The notes below the pieces were generated by a model. That model was not told the origin of the DNA, searched no databases, and saw only the letters and a program-made list of their open reading frames with translations. The translations under genes and the position numbers were made by a program. Below, in pieces: positions 21,501 to 30,032 of a stretch of 64,000 nucleotides of DNA (the stretch's first letter is position 1; the number at the start of each line of letters is the position of its first letter). Source of the stretch: a virus (Duplodnaviria > Heunggongvirae > Uroviricota > Caudoviricetes). The stretch lies in IMG/VR virus record IMGVR_UViG_3300021400_004456; one strand, given 5' to 3'.

Positions 21501-24500
21501 AAAAATTATTACACATCTTATGGATTAAGTAAGTCAGCTTTTGATAATTTAGTATATATATATGCTAAAACTGGTGGAAATATTGCTACCAATTATTCCA
21601 TATTAAATAATATTGCTGGTCCTTATTATCAATACAGAGGTATTGGCTCTGCTGGCAATGCAATTTCTGTAAATAGAGATTGGGGTTATCAACCACACAT
21701 TTATGGAATGGCGTACGATAACAACTATAAAGAAGATTCTAAATATATAAATGATGGTCATTCATATATTAATCATTCTGGAAGTCTTTATTCTAATAAT
21801 GATTCCTTCCAATTATCGGTTGAATATTTAACTAATTATCAAATTTCTTACAACTATGAAAACTTTGCATACGATATTGAAACAGAAGAAAATTCTACAA
21901 TTTCATTACCAACTTATACTCAACTTTATGATAAGAACCCTATTAAATATTTAAAGGCTGTAAAATTAATTAATAAAGATCAAACAGTTAGTGAATATAA
22001 TGCTTACAATTTCTTAGCAAAGTATACGCAAAATTCTTTATATAGCCAATTTAATGAAGATTTCTATAATCAATTATTTAATTATCAAGGCGAATTACCT
22101 ACTAAATATAAAGGATTAGCAAACAAAATTGTAGCAAATCTTTTCTATACAAATATTTTAAGCTACAAATATCTTTCTGCTGATTTAAATGATGCAATAA
22201 CTAATTTAGAAAATAAAGGTCAAAAGCTTTATGATTCTTATCATCAAAGCTTATCTAAAAAAGAATTATCTATAATTAATAATTTCTTAGAAAATAGTGG
22301 AATGGTAGAAAAAGTTGAAAACTCTAATATAAGTCTTGAAAATCCTTACACTGTTAAAATAACTGTTAGTGATGCTTCATTAACTACAGGTAAGCAAGAA
22401 CAAATAAGAAAGAGTTTTTGGAGATCAATTGCTGTAACTTTCACTGGAGGAAACTATTTTGATACAAAGAGTAGTGAAACAAGAAGAGAAGCACAAGAAT
22501 TTTCTACTAATAGCACAGCAACTTTCGCTTATACTAGATATTACTCAACCTTCTCTTTTGATGTTGTTGAAACAAAAACTTCAACCAATACAAATCTTTC
22601 CGGAGAATTAATTAATTTCTCTCAAATTTTAAGTGATGCAGGCTATTCTTTTGCTTTAAACAATAATACAAGTTGGCCTTATATTGCTTATAATCCTTTA
22701 CAATTAGGAACTTCGACTGAGGTAAAAGATATTAATTTATTTACAGAGAAAAATGGTACATCTTTCACTATTTCAGGCAATTATAACGCTAGTGACAAAA
22801 ATTATTCATTATTCTATGAACCTGTTTCAAACGGTGGTGAAATAAGTTTTGCTCCTACATCTGAAAAAACAACATTATTATATAATGAATCAAACAACGG
22901 CTTGAGTGATAATGAAAAGCTTCTAAAAGGTTACGTTACTGTTTTAAACAACTTCGTAAATAATAAGAAATATAATGAAGAATATAGAAATAATTTAAAA
23001 ACTGCGTTAAATAAAGCTATTGCGACTTATAATAGCATCAGTCAAAAATATCAAGGCACTTCCGAAAATGTTAGTTATCTTTTACAATATATCAAAGGTA
23101 TGGAAGAAGTTGCTAAATATACAGATATGCTTAAAGATTTAATGGATGAATTAAAAAATCAAAATATAGCTAAACATTATAAGTCAAATGTTGGCGGCAT
23201 AGATTTATTTAGTAATCCTTATAAAAATGTTATTCAAAATACTGTAGGTGATAACAATTATTCTTCTATTGCAGATTTTTATGGTTCGTCAGAACTTACA
23301 GTTCAATATACCGTTCCTGGTTTGCCTTTATCTCATTCTAGCGATTTCTTAGTTGGCGAAAATCAAATTTTATTTTACAATTGGGAAAAAGTTGGTGCTG
23401 GTAAAGAATCACAACGTTTATTTACAAGTTTTGTATCAGGAAATAATTTACTACCATTATTTATTTATAGAAGTACTGCTGATGATTATTTAATGTATGA
23501 TGAGGATGATAATAGCAATAACATTTTATGGGCTGTTCCTGCGGCTGTTTTCACTCAAGAAAACAATTTCAACGGTAAAATTGAAGAAAAATCTATTTAT
23601 ATTCCTTGTGATATGCTTAACATTCCTATTTTAAAAAACCATTCTGGTTATATCGAATATAAATTAGTTACTACCAATACTTTAAAAAAATGGTTTACAA
23701 TTTATACAGATAAAACTAATGAAGTATCTGTTCAAGATTTTATGAGTATTGATGAATATTTGAAACACGACAAAATTCAACAATACGAAGTTACTGAAAC
23801 AAAAAGTTTTTATTTCTTTTTCTCTAGAATTGAAACAACTTCACCAGGCGATATGCCAAAAGAAGTAGATTTAGTCAATAAAGATAAATCTTTTAATGAT
23901 GTTGATTTAAATTATAATGCATATAGAGCTCTTTATAATATGAGTAAAGGACAATATAAACAAAATAACACCATTTATGAAATAGAACCTATATTTATAT
24001 TTAATAAACATTCACTTTTCAGTAATTACACTCAAGATTATTTCAATTATGGCTTATCACCATTATTTCAAGTTTTCTTAGATTATGCTAATAACTTAGC
24101 CGGTGACATAATTTCTTATGACACTCTTACTCCAAAGCAAGCGTATGAAAAATATATAGTTAAATCTCAATATTTCAACGTTAACACTGATTATACTCTT
24201 CCATACGAAACCGGAATATATATAAAACCAGTATGTGCTAATCCTAATTCAGAAGAATATAAATTATATTTAAACAAAGGTAATTATACTGCAAATCATT
24301 CTAAGGAAATAATAACTTATTTGAATACTGTTTTATCAAAATACAATTATGCACTTCCTGCAAATGATAAATATGTTGTTTATCAATCATCTTCTCCTGT
24401 TACAAGAACTTCCTTAGCAACAGTTCCGGCTCAAGAACTAGGCTTTAATACCACTTCACCAAGATCACGTTATATTAATTATAATTATTATGATACAACT

Positions 24501-26978
24501 AAAGAATATAATGTTAATTATTTGGAGTTAATCAAATATTATAATTTAAGTAGTGGAATAAAACGTATTATAATTGAAAATCGAGATGCTTTATCTGGTG
24601 TCGATGACAATAAAGTTATTTACACTCAAGTTGATAGAGAATTAATGTGGCTTATTTGGGGCCCATTTGGTAAAGATGGCGAGATTTGTTCTCTTGGAGA
24701 CGCATTAAGTAATAAATTCATAAATGACAATGTTTTATTTAGTAATGTTGTATCTACCGATAACACAAAAATTGAATACGATAGTTCTAAGATTTTAGTT
24801 AATGCTAATAAAGAAAGTATCGTATTCGATAACGTTACTCAAAGAACTTTAAAAGATAATGATGCATTGACATTAAATACAAATTATGATTTTTATATTA
24901 ATGCTAATTTGTCAGATCTAAACATTAAAACTACTAAACCATCTATTGAAAATAAAATTTCTGAATTTGATTTGGCCGAATTACAATTAAATGCTATTCA
25001 AGATTTCAATTATAAATATTGTTCGTTCTATCAATATAAAACATTGAATGTTTCAAAAGGTGCTGTTATAGATTTTACAGATACTGATGGTTCTGAAAAA
25101 CCAAGTTTAATTAAAAATATGTATTACAACACTACTGAGCAAAAATTCTATTCTGCTGATAAAGATTTTGTTGCCAACAATCCATATTATGATGGTAAAA
25201 AGGTTGTACATAGTGAAAGTGCCATTGGCGCTGCAACAGTTATAGTTAAAGGTCAATACCAAAAAATGACTGAAATAACTCCACCACCAAAGAAAACTTA
25301 CTATAAAATTCCTTATACATACATTGGTGAATGTTTCGGCTTTGAATTAAAAAGAACATTGTATAATGAAGTAGTTATTGATAATACTAAAAATGAAACA
25401 CTTGACAAATATCGTACAACAAGCTACGCTATTAATTGGCTTAAATCTAAAACTAAGAGCTATAGTATTTTGTCTCCTAAATATAAAAAATTTATCGAGG
25501 TTGGAAATCCTATAATGACAGCTGAAGATGCTCTTGGTGAAAGAAAGATTGAAATGAGTGATGAAATAATCACTGAATATTATTCTTTATTACCAAACAC
25601 AAAAGAGCCAACAATTTCTCATATAATGTATTCAATTTCTTATACTCCATCAAGCAATGCATCAGATGTATGTGCTGCTGGATACACTTTAAGAAACGGA
25701 GAATGTTATTATACTACAACAAATGGTACTTCGAATAAATTTATTTATAATAATGAATATTATTTATCAATTTCTCCAAATGAAAAATTCAATAATTCTA
25801 AAACTAACGATCCTGCATTAGATAATATGATACATATTGAAAATTTGGTTGAAAATACTTTATATTCAATTAAATTTGGTTTTGAAACTGATATGGGTGT
25901 TACTTATTATGATAGTCAAAAATTCTATACAAGAACTGGCGATAATATGGTTGCTAATCCATTAAATCCTAATGGAAAATATTCAATCTATGATTTACCT
26001 GCAAGTGGTTCTATGTACGATATTATGACACAACAAAGCATCACTTGTACTGATTTCAAATATATCTTTGCGAATGAAACTGTAATCAATCAATTATTAA
26101 ATAATCAATATTATTTAGATGCTTTAAAGACAAATTCTTCAAATTCATTTGTTTTACAAGGAACAACAATGACTTGTGGCCCTAATGGAAATGAAACTTG
26201 TTGGTTATATTCTTCTAGCCTTTCAAAGATGGCAATTAATGACATTGGTTACCGCTTCAATATTCAATACAAAGATAAAGATGCTGTTGATACTGTAAAC
26301 AATTGGAAGAATTTAAACGTAAGTATTGAGAATGATTTCAAATTGGTAGAAAACGCATCTAAGACAACTGAATTATCATTAGGAAAAACAATATCTTTCA
26401 ATAATTATTTAAATAATAATTTATATAATGATAATATATATCATAGTTTAAAAGATTCTGATTTATATTCAATTTACACTGATAAATGTGCAAAAAATTT
26501 TGATTTATTGCAAACTTATATTTTATCTAATTATATGATAAAATTTACAAATAATGGTGCAATAAATGAAATGAAAGACAAAGACATTAAAGTTACTATG
26601 GAATTCTGGTATTATGATTCATTCTTATATATGGATTATAATGGTAACAAAAAATATGATACAGCCAAATTAGGAACAACTGACGGATATACATTCTCAG
26701 TTTTGGACCAAGATTTAAATCCTGCATTATATGAAGTAGTAACATACGGTGTAAAAAATAGTGATGGTACAGTTAAAGGTATTGCAATAGCTGATGCTAA
26801 AGAATTATCAATTTCTCCTGCAACAAAACAAAGATATGATGATGTGTTAAATCACGCAACAATAGAAAATGGTAGAGTTCATCAAACTGCATTAAGATTC
26901 GGTATTGAACAATATACAGATAACAACTTCTATCTATTTATTGCAAGCGGTTCTAACAATGGTTATATTGGAGGATAA
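12513..26978 (+). CDS. Giant 4821-aa exported/membrane-anchored surface protein, unknown function
   Basis: Uninterrupted 14.5-kb ORF, AAGGAG RBS, N-terminal hydrophobic segment, Tyr/Asn/Thr/Ser-rich. Confidence 0.85.
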   Translation: MFKWYKKGLSMCGPLYFGIRKIFLYAMLAILAFIDYSLFLSTSPFETAQLVNEAEGRSETAGLIEDFFAYNKIENCNYNVGANFTYYSIIGKLYYKANGIETYAPFELSLSVANDDTTFYNENNLLKTTSDGESGIFPKYQKAIKQAFETELYDRNFEFISLTPFDNNTSIVSNGSTHIPNFFKIVIKETNVIDVTNFVFSESANYSYSYIFSRIGKKSDAISGSPDGPSMPCLTTNSDTTTQNGYVYTDDENVFSSVQLYVYKDANWVSINPSVYVLNWPKNTPSTEYKVNKDGNTYTYTTTGKTKNQYSLYYLMNPTWNVEDYDYYTTSLPGVYYSNDKNSLTSAELVNNSNLTSFEAQYKTVVSNESYFQAFDITDYQITYEKNGAYYLYKKTNTYDNVYEEIKINNINFYVQQYEADSFTAYDLNNNKYGDPNFIEQSYYKKSDDEKSANFYFYNEDEKIFYIYKDQSLSKYDTLNSADFKKENTFFFDSELKANYYNDFFQMASQYNIKKVGTNKTAYNTLQSSKTVAELNNLKNSTTNSDSSVTYTKYEYDKNVDGYRVSYTYTWKISGERYYNYETSYVKGEYVLTSHDKAKRVTDVYTKNEKTVHAYNSDYDTVTNPANGYTEISDTSHLTYTDMNSSYIYKNGQYVLSVGNAATYEKNNKFSVVDISNLTPSFTLNDGTEVYQYSKNGNTLYYAKSQNNTSSYLTPLTLPTASLSSLPTMGYTTYDVKYDNNNKLITANSPLGNNAGSKTITGNMTYAVGQNVSTNLYYTPYYNTVNFGSPTTVQEEYLNNNGYTILKSEEELKQWLMNNASSKGEKKAFLQTSSIPQSSVTISTTSSLKGQPFDGSKASDVELDPDFKISDYSNFNQIFRMSSTNISNALTFKMTNKKVTITFPYKMTSSSYRVSRWQSYGGNSLRTFADGYNTYEEGDCDYYSYTNHTFFNFNTNQNFFMAVTNEPYCNDKNKYVGTTINYTSNYKGDATREFTLEGDFSGRYLNFATFVEYEEPWDDGDRIDTYDHLYAIVYCVDLQGTNCNGVTVQPAGLTGNYVTLTNTEIGSQKKYNPYESFKSYTEKNGSYYSLPNNVKTSFSFTAYSHTKTDYTYYTESYTTKVATGNLQYFQAKNSADQIATYSFDKSLEKYTVISGSPSVTYGTRKNEYKISGTGVVNYLSIEDYNYYDFTNVGINDNDKIKELFNLDFFVSANGRKIGFIKKTKELPSYYLISKEYYTPSLEGKNLGTYNSNYYLLSDTANLNIYENVTLTLAHTSSGFLSDDKNNVIVFSSYEEVLNTVNSFPNNTSYRIQPSYNAVTFTKTSSTQENATKKYTNCYSSLTSTQYNALSSGTETFVDQNGLSTPYTLVSSPSVTTNGNKTTVVFDYIGTTTKMTTSITSNTYTMKYKSKEYFTLTDNSTNTNIALIQKKASIDTSTTNLEVPNLEMNGSVYYVPKSAKYTGYIDEEANTTLSSQSNTVLVPAEDYNNISFEKQYEIFGKTVTASLDYNNYLPVYHGTQLDYCSNLGEGYTGACVLGFVKKEAATSDPIYNYTKSVTTYNISKANEQKVNVNENYLNFTSTNNFKKYYTQNVSNVTNKTLENGEYALLSPTYSGSTGSLAYSNNLISPLMLIKNGFAVSYNEDGSISIENTNSTEQTLTIQLNIPENYYKENSNLYFSFEIVDLNDLNKIVSSLSKTASNRYYIEYKNADTISLKIKGKSTITLKDISASHSTEYTPFVHLEDAISNNVNYYEEYRMYSVPQTINYNLIYENDTVISSNNFDKRIDGYIEQTQISPTYSYENVSNAPQTLTITFTSKKDVTYYISYYLDKTFISNTVVANSTKTTISIPTFSGQFVTGICISEENKKFDDYAYGDTININQTGSFDVEVKKAQLKTGYEAKTVKSATLYLEKARNVDIVVSYTSLEYIPYDSTLATNETQSHINTFNNSTTNLANTENNFKNYVRVYKNDIAYYYPKYTLTGQYYLFEEMNELLTKNHLPAKKGYLVNGNLVNGRYTRLLYAENSSPFHPHKIAVRATKEYSYGTFKPLVEAGNTISTVINDNISIEKFNGWDINYSIDKLYYTKSIKAPADEYYAALLNSDIYLLDSQKDASGDKNIEAILISSDAKLFENESVKKLNDDNQKFSFVILNVILTLSNEKDRDGNSKFGISYSSLDGKNVTENLQYISYTQNENGTYTILKDNNNNNNNYYYFIDRNTNVINYMTPNGSTSLDINFYDLLNAPIDANGERTISRKVPFILLENLNDDAIVSTEIAVSKRVGNYVAFTNYYKPTTTSSENKGFATVNEYDIADSITLVDNETNAYSHLIKQNLPLILINKNPLNSKDPSLMSYYTYNELYINFMKGGSKKAKTDPKGDYFIDDPSLQYYYMFTERKASNALASMSLTELWEKLTTYDKINGEISAFTNDRLLVELSDGNSVYFKFETLMKINTQLTLKLYSLQEKANISAPTLVYQQSDFPYSDPVNEENDITINTKSNHTLTSDYVDGVQKYYEKSQKNNYKFNHSKLFSTENTNGGIYYIPQLIFRRNANEVEFSSAYSIGDSLTGVDFVLRSRYGNASGVSNSAYELYVSSGIVINEKMYNLDDLISYYQYAKNMELNENTFGENGYFNQIIKAMQDYFEDEDNILYETSQGSMSLKKAKEKSIITGGMTGVTYTELALLNTDKRDTIYKNPTILYKNNNFVTGKFGTSMFDLILPYVIYNFSPYTSLKKYNISNSYEIGTTIDDRPDYGLSNYLKPTLFEAMISASKKDNVTVSVTPTLGGVGRSNESYGMTRSCNNESPYKTGGYFLETTLNTSHTKFINYQGSIRALEQYTDKSEVSFETTMNNNLKELPSDGRNIENYLSQFKYYYSQVPSDFDEEWTGYIDGINVSKTGYLRNGQTSWSNLNAITTFTPTSQMGKHSMVYDENGHQQNFLIKNKGITTFKIYDINGIFSTIIKETPVVPDSTQIDGSILSNLAFWFSSNSLSQTNTQDLKNYYTSYGLSKSAFDNLVYIYAKTGGNIATNYSILNNIAGPYYQYRGIGSAGNAISVNRDWGYQPHIYGMAYDNNYKEDSKYINDGHSYINHSGSLYSNNDSFQLSVEYLTNYQISYNYENFAYDIETEENSTISLPTYTQLYDKNPIKYLKAVKLINKDQTVSEYNAYNFLAKYTQNSLYSQFNEDFYNQLFNYQGELPTKYKGLANKIVANLFYTNILSYKYLSADLNDAITNLENKGQKLYDSYHQSLSKKELSIINNFLENSGMVEKVENSNISLENPYTVKITVSDASLTTGKQEQIRKSFWRSIAVTFTGGNYFDTKSSETRREAQEFSTNSTATFAYTRYYSTFSFDVVETKTSTNTNLSGELINFSQILSDAGYSFALNNNTSWPYIAYNPLQLGTSTEVKDINLFTEKNGTSFTISGNYNASDKNYSLFYEPVSNGGEISFAPTSEKTTLLYNESNNGLSDNEKLLKGYVTVLNNFVNNKKYNEEYRNNLKTALNKAIATYNSISQKYQGTSENVSYLLQYIKGMEEVAKYTDMLKDLMDELKNQNIAKHYKSNVGGIDLFSNPYKNVIQNTVGDNNYSSIADFYGSSELTVQYTVPGLPLSHSSDFLVGENQILFYNWEKVGAGKESQRLFTSFVSGNNLLPLFIYRSTADDYLMYDEDDNSNNILWAVPAAVFTQENNFNGKIEEKSIYIPCDMLNIPILKNHSGYIEYKLVTTNTLKKWFTIYTDKTNEVSVQDFMSIDEYLKHDKIQQYEVTETKSFYFFFSRIETTSPGDMPKEVDLVNKDKSFNDVDLNYNAYRALYNMSKGQYKQNNTIYEIEPIFIFNKHSLFSNYTQDYFNYGLSPLFQVFLDYANNLAGDIISYDTLTPKQAYEKYIVKSQYFNVNTDYTLPYETGIYIKPVCANPNSEEYKLYLNKGNYTANHSKEIITYLNTVLSKYNYALPANDKYVVYQSSSPVTRTSLATVPAQELGFNTTSPRSRYINYNYYDTTKEYNVNYLELIKYYNLSSGIKRIIIENRDALSGVDDNKVIYTQVDRELMWLIWGPFGKDGEICSLGDALSNKFINDNVLFSNVVSTDNTKIEYDSSKILVNANKESIVFDNVTQRTLKDNDALTLNTNYDFYINANLSDLNIKTTKPSIENKISEFDLAELQLNAIQDFNYKYCSFYQYKTLNVSKGAVIDFTDTDGSEKPSLIKNMYYNTTEQKFYSADKDFVANNPYYDGKKVVHSESAIGAATVIVKGQYQKMTEITPPPKKTYYKIPYTYIGECFGFELKRTLYNEVVIDNTKNETLDKYRTTSYAINWLKSKTKSYSILSPKYKKFIEVGNPIMTAEDALGERKIEMSDEIITEYYSLLPNTKEPTISHIMYSISYTPSSNASDVCAAGYTLRNGECYYTTTNGTSNKFIYNNEYYLSISPNEKFNNSKTNDPALDNMIHIENLVENTLYSIKFGFETDMGVTYYDSQKFYTRTGDNMVANPLNPNGKYSIYDLPASGSMYDIMTQQSITCTDFKYIFANETVINQLLNNQYYLDALKTNSSNSFVLQGTTMTCGPNGNETCWLYSSSLSKMAINDIGYRFNIQYKDKDAVDTVNNWKNLNVSIENDFKLVENASKTTELSLGKTISFNNYLNNNLYNDNIYHSLKDSDLYSIYTDKCAKNFDLLQTYILSNYMIKFTNNGAINEMKDKDIKVTMEFWYYDSFLYMDYNGNKKYDTAKLGTTDGYTFSVLDQDLNPALYEVVTYGVKNSDGTVKGIAIADAKELSISPATKQRYDDVLNHATIENGRVHQTALRFGIEQYTDNNFYLFIASGSNNGYIGG

Positions 26979-26985
26979 AAACATT

Positions 26986-27014
26986 AAAGTCTACCCTGAT
27001 GGGTAGGCTTTTTT
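26986..27014 (+). terminator. Intrinsic terminator
   Basis: AAGTCTACCC/GGGTAGGCTT plus T-run. Confidence 0.85.
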
Positions 27015-27048
27015 GCTATAAAAATGACAAAAAATTTTTTTGCAAATA

Positions 27049-27057
27049 AAAACATAA
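27049..27057 (+). promoter_or_regulatory. Class I motif AAAACATAA
   Basis: Before flp pilin. Confidence 0.65.
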
Positions 27058-27118
27058 TAATTAATGAAAACAGTTTAGTTTTCAAAAAAATAATTAAATC
27101 GGAAGGAGACATTTTAAA

Positions 27119-27313
27119 ATGATTAAATTATTTAAGAAATTAGCCGCTAACAAGAAAGGTTCTGAATTAGTTCAAACTATTTTCATTGTAGGTGTGGCAT
27201 TAGTTGCAGGTGGTCTAGTAACCACTTGGATCGTTAATACTGTTCAAAAGAAGATGAACGATGCTGACGCAGTTGATAAAGACATCGCTACTACAGCTAC
27301 TAAGAACGCCTAG
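27119..27313 (+). CDS. flp: Flp-type major prepilin
   Basis: Basic leader ending NKKG|SELVQ then hydrophobic helix; monocistronic, directly upstream of tadA. Confidence 0.8.
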   Translation: MIKLFKKLAANKKGSELVQTIFIVGVALVAGGLVTTWIVNTVQKKMNDADAVDKDIATTATKNA

Positions 27314-27332
27314 TCAATAGCGTAATTTGAAG

Positions 27333-27361
27333 AAGGTAACTTTTTAATGGTTACCTTTTTT
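27333..27361 (+). terminator. Intrinsic terminator
   Basis: AAGGTAAC/GTTACCTT plus T-run. Confidence 0.8.
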
Positions 27362-27390
27362 CTTTTTAAAATTGATTTTACCGCCGATTA

Positions 27391-27399
27391 AAAACATAA
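27391..27399 (+). promoter_or_regulatory. Class I motif AAAACATAA
   Basis: Before tadA. Confidence 0.65.
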
Positions 27400-27428
27400 A
27401 TATTATAAAACTTGAAAAAGGAGCTTTT

Positions 27429-28991
27429 ATGATGAATAATTATTTAAAATCTAAAAATTTCTTGTTAAAAGCATATGCAAACAATAAAGAAAAAGATGAT
27501 AAGTTAGATGAAAAAAAGATTTATCCTAATGAAATAGAAAAAAAGGAAAAACTGGAAAATATCATCAAAGATGAAATCAATAAAGAATTCTTCGTCTTAC
27601 TACAAAAAAATTCATTTGATGAAAATGATACATTGGCTGTTAAAGAATTTATTAAAAAATATATTAAAGACAATAAATATTTCTTCCAACAATCTTCTGA
27701 TCACGATTTCTTTGTTAAATCAATTGTTGATGAAATTTTTGGTTTAGGTTTGCTTGAACAATATATTAATGATAATAACGTTCAAGAAATTTGGATTAGT
27801 GGAACAAAATATATTTACATTGATGAAAACGGTGTTCGTAAAAAAGCCAATATCAATTTCAAAAATGATAATATTATTGTTTCAATGATAAATAAAATTC
27901 TAGCTCCTGTAAACCGTAAAGTTGATGAAAGTAATCCGTTAGTAGACGCTCGTTTAAAAGATGGTTCCCGTGTTGCTATTACAATGCCACCAGTTGCTTT
28001 AAACGGCCCGGAAATTACAATTCGTAAATTCAAAAAGGAAAAGTTTACTATTTGGGATTATGTTAAATATGATTCAATGTCTCAAAAAATGGCAGAGTTT
28101 TTATCTAACGCAGTTGCAGCCGGTTTAAATATATTAGTTGTAGGAGGAACATCATCGGGTAAAACTACATTACTTAATGCTCTTTCTAATGAAATTCCTC
28201 AAGACCGTTCTGCTGAACACGTTATTACAATAGAAGACTCGGCCGAACTAATAATTTATTCTCCTTTCTGGCAAGCTTGGGAAACTAAAAATGCCAACTC
28301 AGAAGGAAGAGGTGGAATAACTTCGTCCGATTTAGTAAAACATTCATTAAGAAACTCTCCTGACCGTATAATTGTAGGAGAAATTCGTGATAAAGTTGCT
28401 TATGAAGTTTTACAAGCATCAATTACAGGTCATAAAGGTTGTATGGCAACAATTCACGCTGATAACGCATCCAAGGCTGTAGAACGTTTCTCTACATTGG
28501 CAGGTTCTGCCGGTATTATTGATGCTAAAGATGCAAAAGATTTATTTTGTGGTGCCTTTGATTTAATAGTAGTAGTTGAAAGATTAACCGATCCTCATAC
28601 TAATAAGCCTTGTCGTAAAGTTACTCAAATATGTCATATTGTTGGTATTGGCCCACAAGCTGGTAAAATTCTTGCTTCTGATGGTTGGGTAAAAGAACCA
28701 CCAAAAGATGATTTTGAAAAGCAAAAACAATTTAATGATCCAGAAAAAGAGTGGCTACAAGATATTTTTAAATTAAACAAAAAGACTTTTAAATTTGAAT
28801 CGACAGGATACGTTCCTCAAGAATTAATTAAAAAAGCTGAAGCAGAAGTTAGACCATTCGATTTAGAAATCTTTACAGCAACAAATCCTAGGAAAAATGG
28901 TTTGAAGAAGAAAAATAATAGAGATAAAGAATTAAAAGAAGAGTTGCTAAAAGAAAAAGAACAAAGAGAAAAACAATCTTCTCAAGAATAA
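27429..28991 (+). CDS. tadA: TadA/CpaF pilus assembly ATPase
   Basis: PLVDARLKDGSRV, ITIRKF, GGTSSGKTT, TIEDSAEL, LRNSPDRIIVGEIR, TGHKGCMATIHA. Confidence 0.93.
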   Translation: MMNNYLKSKNFLLKAYANNKEKDDKLDEKKIYPNEIEKKEKLENIIKDEINKEFFVLLQKNSFDENDTLAVKEFIKKYIKDNKYFFQQSSDHDFFVKSIVDEIFGLGLLEQYINDNNVQEIWISGTKYIYIDENGVRKKANINFKNDNIIVSMINKILAPVNRKVDESNPLVDARLKDGSRVAITMPPVALNGPEITIRKFKKEKFTIWDYVKYDSMSQKMAEFLSNAVAAGLNILVVGGTSSGKTTLLNALSNEIPQDRSAEHVITIEDSAELIIYSPFWQAWETKNANSEGRGGITSSDLVKHSLRNSPDRIIVGEIRDKVAYEVLQASITGHKGCMATIHADNASKAVERFSTLAGSAGIIDAKDAKDLFCGAFDLIVVVERLTDPHTNKPCRKVTQICHIVGIGPQAGKILASDGWVKEPPKDDFEKQKQFNDPEKEWLQDIFKLNKKTFKFESTGYVPQELIKKAEAEVRPFDLEIFTATNPRKNGLKKKNNRDKELKEELLKEKEQREKQSSQE

Positions 28992-29003
28992 GAGGTGATA
29001 TAA

Positions 29004-30029
29004 ATGAACACATTCTTACAAGAATTATGGGAATGGGCAAATAAAAATGAAATGAATTGGATTTTATTTATATCCGCTTTAATCATTGCTCTTTTATTAA
29101 TAGTTGGAACAATCATTTTTATCACTATCATTCTTAATTCTACACGTAAATTAAGCAAAAAAAATAAAGACATTATTTTTGGAAAAAGTGAAACCGAAAA
29201 AGTTTCAGAATTTGCTAAAACCGAAAAGACCTTTAAAGATACAGCAATTTATAAAAAATTAACAAATAATTTCTTTACAAAATTTTATAAAGAATTTAAA
29301 TTCTTTGATAATAACCCTATTATTCTTTTCGGTTCTTTAGGCGTAGGTTATATAATTTTCTTTGTAACCATTTATTTAGTAAGTAATAGTTTGCCAATTG
29401 GTGTAGTTCTTGGCTTCTCATTTTTGGCTATTTGGTATATTTTTTGGGAAGGAAAAATTTCTAAGCAAAGAAGAAGATATATCAAAGGTTTTGCTATGGC
29501 AATTAAAATTATTTCGGCTTCTACAAGTGCAGGTAACTCATTTGAAACAGCAATTAATATTTTACTTTCCAGAGAAAATATAAACAATAAAATAAGAAGT
29601 GAATTTGCACAATTATCAAACCACTTAAAATCAAATAAAACAATAGATGAATCGCTAGAATTATTTTGGAAACGTAATTCGATGTTTAATGAAGTTTCAA
29701 TGTTCTGTATTACAATTCAATTCTTCTTCAAAAAAGGTGGTTCTAATCTAGGAAAAATTATGTTAAAACTTGAAAAAGCATTTGATGATAAACTTGAAAG
29801 TTATTCTGAAATTGATACTGAACTAGGTATTAATAAAGTTTTAATGAATGGCTTAACATATTTATATCTAATAATGTTGTTTGTTTTACCATTATTTATG
29901 CCAACATTCTATACTAAATTAATTGATCAAGGTAGTTTTGGAATTATTAAATGCCTTGGTAGTTTAGGTTTGTACTTCTTTAGTATAGCATTCTTCAAGA
30001 AAATGACAAGAAATGCAGCGGAGGGATAA
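29004..30029 (+). CDS. tadB: TadB platform protein (T2SSF)
   Basis: TM pattern, SAGNSFETAI, KGGSNLGKIM; follows tadA. Confidence 0.8.
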   Translation: MNTFLQELWEWANKNEMNWILFISALIIALLLIVGTIIFITIILNSTRKLSKKNKDIIFGKSETEKVSEFAKTEKTFKDTAIYKKLTNNFFTKFYKEFKFFDNNPIILFGSLGVGYIIFFVTIYLVSNSLPIGVVLGFSFLAIWYIFWEGKISKQRRRYIKGFAMAIKIISASTSAGNSFETAINILLSRENINNKIRSEFAQLSNHLKSNKTIDESLELFWKRNSMFNEVSMFCITIQFFFKKGGSNLGKIMLKLEKAFDDKLESYSEIDTELGINKVLMNGLTYLYLIMLFVLPLFMPTFYTKLIDQGSFGIIKCLGSLGLYFFSIAFFKKMTRNAAEG

Positions 30030-30032
30030 TAT

